NCBI GenBank assembly: GCA_051362555.1
Contig: CM120646.1
Location: 992,001-1,056,000, forward strand
Length of the DNA stretch: 64,000 nt
Source of the DNA: Lingula anatina
Lineage: Eukaryota > Animalia > Brachiopoda
Reading direction: 5' to 3'
This document shows, one piece after another, positions 26,322-38,110 of this stretch. How positions within the stretch are numbered: position 1 is the first letter of the stretch; each line of letters begins with the position of its first letter. The position numbers were made by a program, and so were the translations under genes. The notes beneath the pieces were generated by a model. The model did not search any database, was not told where the DNA came from, and saw only the letters and a list, made by a program, of their open reading frames with translations.

Positions 26322-29300
26322 ATGCCAATGCGCTTCAAAACGACCATGTGCCTGGCTTTGCAATGTGTGTTGTTGATGTTAGGTGTGTAGTAATATCACA
26401 TATTTATGCATTTTTTTTTCAACAAACTTTACATCATTTTTGTCTCTGTGGGCATGTTTCACAGTTTGTGTATAGCGTAAGTCGAAGATACAAGGGAATC
26501 TACAAAGCTAATGTTTCCGAATAAAGTCAGGCCTGGTAATGATAGGATATGGTATAGCATCAGAAATTGTGTGAATAAGCTACACGCTCAAACGTTTATG
26601 TGTTGTAAAGTTTTTATAGGGGGTTGAATAAGTTTGAAATGTGAATATGGGTGATATATTATAGATTTATAGTTACATAGAGTATAAATAAAGATCTTAG
26701 TACTAGTATAACACAGTGCAGACCACACTCACCCCACGAGCCAGTAGCTTTTTTTATTATTTTTGAAAAAGAAAATTGTAAAACATTCCATTTGTATTTT
26801 GTATAGCCAGAATTGTATAATTTAAGGGCAGGGAACATCAGAGACATGTTTGAATCTATTCTTGTAAGACAAACGACAAAACACATTGTGTCAAGTAATA
26901 TTTGTTTGATGCAATAAAATATAAATAGCAAAAACAAGATATAAGAAAATAAACTTACACGTGTTGAAGGTAAACATCCATTTTATGTGTCATGATTATT
27001 CGTTAATCTCTCGTGATTCGAAGATTTTGTCTTCATAGTCCTTTCCGAACAGCTAAAAAATAACATATTTACCGATTAAGATATGGAAAATGTATTTCAA
27101 AGCACCAAAACACAAATAACATTATCAAAATGATGCAGAAATATGTAAAAAGAGGCGAATTAACGGGGTCACTGGCTGTCTATAGGGCACACACAGCGAA
27201 AAAAAAACATATTGTGGTTAAAAAACAGGTGTAATCGTAGTCATTCAGACGCACAAAAGACGATCATCAATGTCAAGATTCTTGTCTTGCAATGCAGAAA
27301 AAAATTGCATCCCACTTCATGGATCAACGTGACATCTCCTAAATGGCACTTGGACTGTTATAGCTATAGAAAAGGGTTTATCCAAGAAGGGTTTATTAAA
27401 AAAAAAGAAAGGAAATAGATTTGCAGGTGAACATTTTGAATTTGACCCTTACATTAAAGAACTCTCATGGTAAATATAAATTAGATGGTTTGTTGACAAA
27501 AATAAAAAAGAATTACAATATTTTCTCTTCTGAATGTTTCTTCTTAGGCGATGTATGCGATTCTATAATCAGTAGAAGTAAATGGGGTGCACGGCCACCA
27601 AAGTCAGCGGATGTCAGTATGACGTCACTTCCGGCACATTATGTCGTCATTCATCAAACAGGCCTGGGCAGATGTTTTGGTGACTGTGCCTCTAACGTGA
27701 GGCAGGTTCAGGTAGGCACTTTGTGTGAATTCTCTTTAATATGATATTTCTCTTTTAAATTTTCTTGAAAGCATGTGTATGTACATAAGTACAAATCTGA
27801 GTTTTTATATGGTATACATATATTTATTTGGAAGAGTAGTTTACCGATGGTGCCAACTGTTACACGGTCATAAAGTCGAATCAAATATTAACCATATTAG
27901 TCTTTCTCCTGCGTTCACTTAATGTCGTTATTGTTAAATCATTGCTGGGAAATGTTCTTTGGTAATCTTTAGGCGTTGCACCAGGATCAATATGGTTGGA
28001 ATGATATTGGTTTTAACTTCCTCGTCGGAGAAAATGGCGGCGCTTATGAAGGCCGAGGGTGGTATAAACAAGGACAACTTGCAGACCGTTTTGACTCACG
28101 CTCACTGAGTAAGATCATGATACCGGTAGATATAATGCATTACAGTGTATATTTATATCAGATTTCACTGCCGATGACATCCATCCTATAGACGTTTCAG
28201 GCAGTAATGGGAAATACATAAATAAGCTTCCCTGCCCAATTTTTTTAAAGCGAAATGTATTCTTATATAATTCATTAAAGTATAACGTCTAACTAAAAAA
28301 ATAATTGATTTTACCGGCCCTCCCCAACACAAATATAGTGCCGGTTTGTTTCCAACTAAATTAATCTCTTCGTTTTTCAACAGGTATAGCATTCCTCGGT
28401 GACTTTGAGAACGTGACTCCTATGGCGACGGCTACCAATGCAGTTAAACGTATCATACGGTGTGCCATTAAAAAGTGAGTACTCACTGCCGTTAAATAAT
28501 TCTTTTGAAAACTTCAGAGTGTAAAGCTTCTAGTTAACCCCCTACTCTTTTCCGGTGTGACAGGAATGGTAGCCCGCTGGGAACAGCAGTCCGTCTCTCA
28601 TTACCTTCTACAAGTGACATTTGTCCATTATACTAATCCCAATACTCCAACTAACCCCAACCTGTACTCATCATATGGGAGCCCAGACCTCCATTCCTAG
28701 GACTACCATTCCTGTCACCTACCCATGTGGCAGGAGAAAAGAAAAGGGTGTTTTTTATTTGATCTCTTGACAATGTAATTTTAAACGATATTTTTAAATC
28801 AATATGTGAGAGGTGGAACATTCTTATGTAAAGTGTATTTCTCCATACAGAGGTATTCTTCGAAATGACTACACTCTCATTGGACACACACAAGCAGACG
28901 ACATAGGACAGACTGCGCCCCCTGGCGGACGTCTTCTTTGCACAATATCAAAGTGGGATCACTGGGTTGGTAGTTTTATGACAATCTTCAAAATGTTCAA
29001 ACCTTGTAAGATACATGAAAATGTCCAATTATTTTGTGTCTGTTGCTTTAATTTCTTAGGACAACTGTTAGTTCATTCTTTCATTATCATAGTAAAAGAT
29101 GAAATAGGAGCTGGCGTATCGTTGTCAGACAATATTATTATTATGAAATTCTTTTTAAAATGTGAACCTGATTCTGTCAACGCACAGTATCACTTTGAAG
29201 TAAAAAATAACTTGTATCTTTAGGTATAAAAATTCCATTTTTGTAAAAAATGTTGTACAAGATATTATCGTTTATTAATTGTTTTCGTATCTTGAAAATA

Positions 29301-32300
29301 TTACAAATGTATGTTTTTGTCATCATTTATATATCATTTCAGATACCTGAGCAGTATAATGGCGTCTTCCGGTTCCCTCCACAATGTCCGCGGGTCATCA
29401 GTCACGACCAAACTGTGAAAGCTGCAGACGCCTCTAAAACGATGACAGTAAACGGTGAGTCATACAATTTTGTAGGATCAGTAAAATACTGTTACATACG
29501 TGCAAACATCAAACATATTTTGAGAAACAATGTAAATTACAAAGGAAGGAATGTAAATGAATAGTTACGGTATTTGATGAATTTATAAAGTAGAAATTTA
29601 ATCCAGTAGTAACAGCTTTTCCATCCCATTGATTTCTCATAGACGAGTGCCCGGATATAGTAAGCAGAGCTCAGTGGGGGGCCAGACCCCCTACCGAGAT
29701 CACGAACCTGACACTTCCGGTCCAGTACGTTGTGGTACACCATACATCCTGGGACCGCTGTTTTACTAGGGAGAACTGCAGCGCAGAGATGAGGAAAATA
29801 CAGGTGTGTGATCCACAAAACCTCACATGTATACTGGGTACAAGACGTGTTATATAACTAAAATAATAATATCAATATAACTTAATTTTCCTGGAATTTT
29901 AAACCATTTCATATTATCAGCAACTGATGCTATATCCAAACAAATAAGAAGAAAATTGGAATTTTGATAAACTATTGATTTTCATTGATGACATTTATGC
30001 AACATTAACAGCAATAGAAACGTTTTATTTTTCTAGATTTTTCACCAAGATGTTCGTCAATGGGCAGATATCGGCTATAATTTCGGTGTTGGGGAGGACG
30101 GCAGAGCATATGAAGGACGCGGCTGGTATAGACGAGGGGCGCACGCGCGAAGAATTAACGGTAATTCCATTGGTAAGTGTAACATAAAACTAATTATGGT
30201 GTTACATTGGATTGAAAAATACCTTTTTTGCAAATCTACAAATCAAAATCGACCATAACTGACCTTATATCAATCAACTTATGCATTGTTTGTCATTGCC
30301 ATTGTCTCTATGTTTAAATGAATTTCATTAACTTGCATTATACAATATTAACTGCTATTGAAAATATTAAGATTTTAGACTATAAATAAGTATTGTAATT
30401 ATACGACGTGCGTTAATGCATCTCGTACTACTGAAAAAGGGGGAGATACAAACGCTGTTAATATTGTTTTTACAGGTATTGTTGTGATGGGAAATTTTGA
30501 AGACGTAATACCTTTGTCGATAGCTACAGATATGGTCAAGAAACTTATTCGTTGTGGGGTTCAAAAGTAAGGACAAAGATTATTGGTGAAATGCACGCAC
30601 TGTACATCGTAAATGTGTAGGAGTAAGATTTTCATATTCAGTATGTCGTGCAGCTCTGAAATAATGAACGTAATTGCCAGTAAGGTATTTTTTTCCAAAA
30701 TTCCAAGATGCTTATTACTATAGTACACGATACATGGACAAAATGCCAGAGATAACTTATATCGTGAAGCTATGAGTGTAATATTACTCCTTTAGAAAAC
30801 ACTAAAGAAAATCTGGTCATAAAAGTATAGAGTCTGGTGAAAATAAATCATTTGACAAGTTGAAACAGGCGGTAAAACAAGCAAGTTCGGTGGCAATTTC
30901 TCTTATACTTATCAAACCGCCAATCTCTCAATGTCCATCTTATTTGTCTCAGGGGAGTCCTGCGACCTGACTACATCCTGGTAGGTCACCGGCAGACAGA
31001 CGACATTGGCCACACCACGTGTCCTGGTGGAAGTTTTCTGTGTGAAATCACAAAGTGGGATCATTGGGTAAGAGGATAAATCTGTATCCACAGCTGGGTC
31101 TTGTTTCGCTCTAAGTGTTTAGTTTGCCGGGCTCAGTTTAAGTGGTTTTATTCAGATAGCCGACTACGCAAAGTCGACTTTGCGATATTGATCCAAGAGC
31201 TTTTTAGAATGATAGGGTGGCAGTGAATGTATTTGAGATACACTGTACCGAAATACACCATTTTCAGCAATGAGGATGTAATTTTAGATCTTGTTATGAC
31301 ATAAAAAAGACAAAAATGGATTCGAACAAGTGTCTGTGACGTCCTACCAACCGTGGAAGCACTCAAAACCCCCCTCAGCTGCTATGCGTTACCGCATTAA
31401 ACGTCATACCCAGTGTACAAAGAAATAAAAGGTTATTTTTATAGCTCTGTCATTTCATCATATGTCATGAGCAAATGTAGACATGTTGAAAAACCCATTT
31501 ATTATCACGTGTTTTGAATCGTTTTAGCAACCATACCAGTTCAACGGCACTTTCCATTACCCTTCTCAGTGTCCTAGAGCGGATGACGTCACAACAGTGT
31601 CAACGGGCTCTGTACAGTACTCTCCCACCTATGGTAAGTATCTGTCCCTCATACTGCTATCAGATAGGAATCGTTTATTGCTCACCAATTTCAGCCCGAT
31701 AAGATTTCATTTTCAATAACATTCAGATTAATTTTTGATATATCAATTTAATGATAAAAACATTTTGATTGGATTCTTTAGGCTTTTGTTTATAAGAATA
31801 TTTGGTCCAGTTGACATTGGACATAAACCAAAAGTGATGAAAATGCGGTCAAATACGTTTTATAATAGTCAGTACGCTATTATTTCGCTCAGTATAACTT
31901 AGATAAGCAAGCCTAATAACAAAGGTCTGTACAATGTCCATTATATCGTAATTTCAAACGATTCATGTCCATATATATTGTGGTAAAGATATTTAGTTAT
32001 AGCGACATAAACTTCTTTTCTAGGTAACTGCCACGCTGTGGTAGACAGGGCAACGTGGGGAGCGGAGTCTGCCACTGACGTCATCAAACTCCAACTTCCG
32101 GTGAAATACGTCATAGTGCACCACACGGCGGGGAGGAGGTGTTTCACTGAAAGAGACTGTGTCTCCCAGGTCCGGGGAATTCAGGTAATAAATTTATCTT
32201 AATAAATGTTTTTTAATGTGCGTTCAAAATGGGTCTAATTTAATAGGAAAAAATGGTCAGTTGTGACATTCTTTGGTGGCGTGTTATAATTTTTTTCAAT

Positions 32301-34192
32301 GAAAAAGTATGACTGACTTAACTTTGATTTGCCGTAGCCGTGAGTAAATAAATCTTGTATGTGTCCTAGTATCTGTAATTTTGTCATAGTGAGATGTTAT
32401 ACAGATTTGGCAGTTTGGTTAACTGAAAACATACGGAAATTGGTAATACATGTATATCTTTTGTTGATGCTGTATGCTCTGAACAAGTATAATCTTATGG
32501 AATCTAATGTTGAACTCTTCTGTTAATTTTCATGTAGTGAATCGAAACCCAATCTTTGTTTCAGAGGTACCACCAAGTCAGCAATGGCTGGTGGGATATC
32601 GGCTATAACTTCCTGATAGGAGAAGACGGCCGTGTTTACGAGGGGCGTGGCTGGTTAAACCAAGGAGCACACGCACGAGGTTTTAATAGCCAGTCGATAG
32701 GTATACTATACCTTATATAGTTAAAAATGAGTAGATGTTATTTAGATTCTATCGGTTTTAAGTACCGTTGTTACTGGAAGTTTATTTAACACTTTAATGA
32801 CAAATATTAAAATTTTCTGGTAATTCTAATACTTCTTCCTTAGTCATCAAAGTACTGGTGTGTAGTACGAGTAAGAAAAAGGATTTTTAAAAGTCTTTAT
32901 TATTAAATTTGCTTGTCGCACTTTTATGTTACTTTGTTGCAATTAAGCGGTTTGAAATATGATTGTATTCTATAGGCATTTCCATAATGGGAGACTTCCG
33001 CAAACATTCACCCAGTAGAAAAGCCATTGCAGAGCTGAAACAACTCATCAAATGTGGTGTTGACAGGTAGACGTCATACGTGTGTTACCTTTACAGAGAT
33101 ACAAATTGTATATTTTTGAAATATTTAAAATTCAAAGTACATTAAATTAGAAATATAAAGATATTTGTTTCTAATTCGTACAATTTTGCCAGAACAGAAA
33201 ATAGTTCACAATCAAAACTGTAATTATATGTACAAGACTGGTGATTTTTGGAAATAAAATTTCGGAATTTCGAATAAATTTTAATGTCCTACTTTAATGT
33301 TATTCTAGGGGAGTTATCCAAGAGAATTTTACGCTCATTGGACACAAGCAGGCAGCTAAACCAGGTTATACTGAGTGTCCCGGAAGTAGCTTATTGTGTG
33401 AAATTGCACTGTGGGAACACTGGGTATGACGTCACGCTTTTGGTAGTCATACCGTCATCGTCCTTGCACGCACATTCTCCATATAATGTACAACTGCTTG
33501 TTAGAAAATGAACCTGGTTTGTTACTGCCACTGGTTGTTATAATCATAATGCACAAAAGCACAGAAAAATAGTTTAGTTTTTTCTAAGTTAGTTATACTA
33601 AAATTACTCCATCTTTAAATTTTTTAGCGCAGCATCTTAAATCAACTCCAACATACCATACTTGTGCATGTTCGTGTACCTGTTCTCTAGTCATGTTTGT
33701 CTTTTAGCTTTTCTGCTTGTGCATTGCTTTTATTATGAGCAGATAATGGCATGCAGTTGCTGCTTTAAAACAATGCTCCGCATTAATCATTTCATTATTT
33801 CATATCATTAACCTGTTTTCATACTCCTTTATCATCTTCAAATAATGTAATTATTACATTTTTGTCCATTTTAAAAGTAGTAAATGTTTAGACAAATGAA
33901 GGTTATGCGCTCACGAATATATATTTTACAGTGGAATTTCATATTTTGCACGCTTTGAGAAGGCTAAAACAGAACGAAAACGACATGCAAATATGTTTTA
34001 TGTTATAAAAAGTAACTGTATTCTTTTATTTCTTTTCTCTTTCAGGAGCCGTATCAGTTCAACGGGACTTTCTCGCGCGTGGAATGTTTAAACACACAAT
34101 CAAGTATATCCGGAAGTAGAACTCTTTTCAGTTACACAATAATGCCATTCATATCGACATTGGTTGCTTTAATATATCTGAGGGCATCTTAG
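26322..34192 (+). CDS. Three-domain peptidoglycan recognition protein with signal peptide and GPI-type C-terminus (PGRP gene 2, about 645 aa)
   Basis: Putative leader exon 26322-26382 ([20 protein letters not shown], phase 1; least certain part). Domain A: 27548-27711, 27973-28108, 28384-28474, 28851-28965, linker 29343-29454. Domain B: 29643-29803, 30037-30172, 30476-30566, 30953-31067, linker 31528-31633. Domain C: 32024-32184, 32565-32700, 32976-33066, 33309-33423, terminal exon 34046-34192 (...[30 protein letters not shown]). The total is 1938 nt, open frame, all GT-AG. Confidence 0.88.
27548..28965 (+). other. PGRP domain A (predicted non-catalytic)
   Basis: VVIHQT, DIGFNF (Tyr to Phe), GQL instead of GAH, and TAPPG (Zn-ligand Cys to Pro). 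Confidence 0.85.
29643..31067 (+). other. PGRP domain B (predicted Zn amidase)
   Basis: VVHHT, DIGYNF, YEGRGW, GAH, VGHRQ, TTCPG. Confidence 0.85.
32024..33423 (+). other. PGRP domain C (predicted Zn amidase)
   Basis: IVHHT, DIGYNF, YEGRGW, GAH, IGHKQ, TECPG. Confidence 0.85.
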
Positions 34193-35001
34193 CTATTCAG
34201 CGTGAGGGAATGGGACAAATTGCACTACAGTATGAGAAATGGAGACTGCAATGGAAATATAAATTTATACAAGCTATGAGGCAATATCTTTAGACCACCC
34301 ATTATAACACTGTAAATACACGTCTTTCATCTCATTATTCCTTGTAACTATGGTGGTAATGTTCACATTTCATTTATCTAAGTTAATGTTACATTATTTA
34401 ATCAAGTTTCCAATTATTTTAATTGTGAATAAGATCTTCGGCGAGATAATATGGTTTTATACCGTTCTGAAATATCATTATGAATTCTACCTCGTCATTG
34501 TGTTCGAGAAGGGTTCAGTTACAATCATTTACAAAGAGAAGACAGCGATGAGATGAAACATAGGAATTTTACCAGGCTCCCTCCCAGCTCAGTTTGTGTA
34601 ACTTACTCGAGTAGGAAAATGGGGGAACCCAGAAGCAGGTTGCAGTTTGCATGCCGAAAACTCTCAAACTGCTTAGCAGACCGCACGTGACGTCAAGGAT
34701 TTAGTGAACATCGTTTGTCACAACCAGGCACATCTAACACAATACAATTGTATGGTAGACCTAAACAGTTGAACTATGTAATATTACAATTTTTAAAGAT
34801 GCTTGCATATATTCATGAAATGGTCTGACACCATAAACATGCTACATATCAGGACATGTAGAAACTGTATTCAAAACATAATTCTGTGTATAAACATGTA
34901 TTTTTTATCATAAAAAAATCTAGCCTATCGGTTTGTTGGTACACATCTGTGTTTCATATTTTTTATCCGTACTGAAAAACTAAGCCACATGTACCAGTAA
35001 T

Positions 35002-38000
35002 CTAAACATCAGTTTTACCAAAAACGTAACTCTGTATGTTCTGATCTGGAAGACGCATATTGAGGGGCTCGTATCCTCGAATATACCGGCACTTTCTGAC
35101 CTCGTCCCAAACGTAATCCGGATCATCAAGTGGATTAAGAGACGCAACGCTATCTACGTCACTTCCGGTTTCCTCGGCACCCGGATCTGACGTAGTTGTA
35201 GCGTCAGATTGGGACTTTGTAAAATCATCGTGCTTACTTTTGACTTTGGAGTTATCTAGCTGTTTAAGCCAGTTGGTGGTCTTGGTATAAACGTCTATGG
35301 AGGTTTGGTGGGCGGCAGTCGCTGGGGAAGAGACGGGAGTCCCCGGATTAGAGCCATAAACCAGTGTGTCATCGGGGGAGTCCGTGCGTGAGGCGATACG
35401 GGTTTCATTCTTATCCAGTCTGAATATGACACGTTTGGCACTAGCACCCTTCCTAAGCGACGGTGGCTTTTTTACAAGGCTCCCCTTGACCCCCTTGGCG
35501 GAAGAAAGGTTTGCGACCCGTGGCAGGGTCACTATGTCTGAGCCACTGCAATGAGCTCTGTACTCAGTGGGAGGGTTTCCAGGTTGACTCTTGGTAACAC
35601 TCTCGTCCATTTCCAAGGACCTTCTACTTGTCGATGACGTCGATGGTGATGACGTAGCTCTTAATGGTGACGTCATAACTCTTGAAGAAGCTCCCAATGA
35701 TGACGTCATAGATCTAGAAGGAGTCCAGGTATTTTCTTTACGAATACGGGTCAGGTATCTCGTCACTCTTGCTGGAGAAAGGAGAGAGTGAGAACGCGTA
35801 ATGACAGGGCGTTGAGTGTCGGACACGTCCGGGGTGCTGAAGCTTCTTTGGGGATAGATTCTGTTCTTGCTCAAGAAGTCTATGTACGATTTGTCTATTT
35901 CTTGGTAAAACGTGGAGCGGTTAGTGTTACTGTTTGTTAATGTAACAGTGTCCCGTTTTGCAGTGGTCCCTAATTTATCGTTAAGCTCAGCTTTGTTGGA
36001 CATACCAGTCTCATTTTCCTGAGGTTTTTGTTCTTCGGTGCCATCTCTAGGAGCTGCCCAATGCTGTTGCTTTGCTGAATTTCTAGGGGTACCGTCGTTA
36101 GTAAGTCGATTATAGCTAATTTGATTAACACTCTGCTTCTCACGAATCAATTCATACTGTTTACTGACTTCGGTACGGGAGAAACCAGCGAATCCCGGAG
36201 CACGAATATATCTTCCCTTCTGCACCTTCTTGTCTGAAATAGTGTCGTCACTACTTTGGTTCCTGTAACAAAATAACCATTGTGTAACGTGACGTCACAA
36301 ACCGTTGACCAACCCACAACTATATATTAATGAAAATAGTATTTTTTATTCGCAAAATAAAAGCTCAGAAAGCAAAATATAAACTGTGATTTTTAATGGT
36401 TGGCTTTCTGTTCGTTATCGGTTTGGAATTCACATTCTCGTTCTACTCTTTTTCTTGGATTGTTTATCCCTCAGGGGCTATAACAAATATAATCAAGCAT
36501 TGCCTTTCCGTCAAAAAAAAAAAAAAAAAAAAAAAAAAAAAGCAGTTTTCTAAGATCCAATACTTTTCATAAAAAAAATCTCTCACGATGATTTAACATT
36601 ATTAACGTGTGTCAATATAATGAAGAGGATATTTAGACCAAGATTAAAGAATGACGTGCAAAAGAGAGACCTCACCTCTGCATTGTATAATTATATGTGA
36701 CGTTTTTCCCACCGTAAGCGGTCATCTTATTGTCGTGGGCCACCATAGGCTTAGAAACGTCCCTGGCTCGATTATCATCTGAGAAATTTCCGTGACCGTT
36801 CTCAGAAATGTGCTCCGTACTTTGACCTGAATCATTAATTAAGGCGGGTATGACTATGAGCAGCAATTAACGACGATGAGGAACAGGGCCTGGCCTTACA
36901 CACGCAGGCCGTATTGATTCACAGCGTGTTACAAAAATATTTCCTCTCCCAAACTATGACAAGTTATAAAAACACCCCGTTATTTGCTACATTGTAACCC
37001 AAGTACAGAATCAAATCGCCCTGGTTCTAAATTAAAATATAATATATGGTAAGATATCCTCAATGTTTTTCAATGGTCTTGTCCCGCCGTACTTATTTTA
37101 GTGTAATCGCAACAAAACTGCGATACACCCTGTAGTCGCTATACGCTGAATAGTTAAACGTAGTAAATAAAGTCTCCACAGGGCCAGTCGATAAACGTCA
37201 CAGCCTGGGTACTGACTATCACTGTGAGATAGCGTTATGATAACATCCAGGGACAGTGTGTTCCTTAGTTACACTAATCGATAATCAATCGACTGATTGA
37301 GACACCGTGTCCCGATTACTAATCAAATGTTTGTATTCATTACGCCTCTTTTCATAATAACGATTTTGTGGACTTGCTGACTGTCATTCTTATTGATTAT
37401 TTCTTGATAATCAACTGGTGGCGTCGATATACCAGTGAATAATTTCTAAAATGTGAGCATTTATCTATAATTACACGTGTAACAATGGCGATTACTTGTA
37501 GACAGCGCATAAAAAGGGTCCACTTTTTCACTGTATTCACTCGGAATATCATCAAACAATTTCCTGACTTATCGACTCATTTTGAGGCTAAAACTGTTTT
37601 GTTGTTACAGTTTAATCGTAGACTTCTACTTGGTTTTTTTTCAGTGCACAGTACGCATTTGTAGAAAGAAGAATCACTGATAGAGCAATTAGCAAATCAA
37701 CCACTCACTGTATCAATCAATCTATATATTTTTTGCTCTGATAAATCAATCAACTAATTAATTCCAATCAATTTCTCAATAATAAAGAAGACGCTGCAAA
37801 AACACTTACCAAATAAGAGCGCACGCTGATCCCTGCGGACAATCCGTCTTTTAATTTCCCTCATTTGATCAGCGGCGCGGACGTTCTTGTCTCGCGTTAA
37901 CTTCGCGAGTTGTTTCCGCAGCTCTTTCGTCTCTTTCTCAATGGCTGTCTTTGCTCTAAATTCCTGGCCCTCAAGATCGAGGAGTTTTTCTTCCAGCGTC

Positions 38001-38110
38001 AGTCCTGCCATTCCGGAGCCATTACAATTCGTTAAAAAACGAGTCCGCATCCCTGATTTTCTGCGTGAGTCAGTACTAGTTTTACCACCGCTACTTAACG
38101 GGATATCCAT
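35002..38110 (-). CDS. Uncharacterised protein of about 579 aa: N-terminal coiled coil, Ser/Thr-rich disordered middle, C-terminal KCRYIR motif (possibly CCDC190-like)
   Basis: Exons 38110-37810, 36853-36676 and 36262-35002 join in frame (phases 1 and 2; 1740 nt) with canonical splice sites. The long final exon corresponds to the 407-aa ORF. The middle-exon acceptor has an in-frame alternative. Confidence 0.75.

Noticed and set aside
25620-27548. One four-domain PGRP gene instead of two genes
   Set aside because: Exon 25620-25796 reads to a stop through a full GPI-like tail, and a separate leader exon exists at 26322-26382. A weak phase-1 donor (A/GTACGG near 25675) leaves a minor fused isoform possible.
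33628-33746. Alternative hydrophobic terminal exon for PGRP gene 2 after an AG at 33626-33627
   Set aside because: The required phase-0 frame gives a short non-homologous peptide lacking the QFNGTF motif. Exon 34046-34192 fits far better.
35366-35791. Plus-strand ORFs within the large minus-strand exon, and several TGACGTCA (CRE-like) palindromes
   Set aside because: These are antisense shadows. The palindromes arise from Met-Thr-Ser codons in the coding strand.
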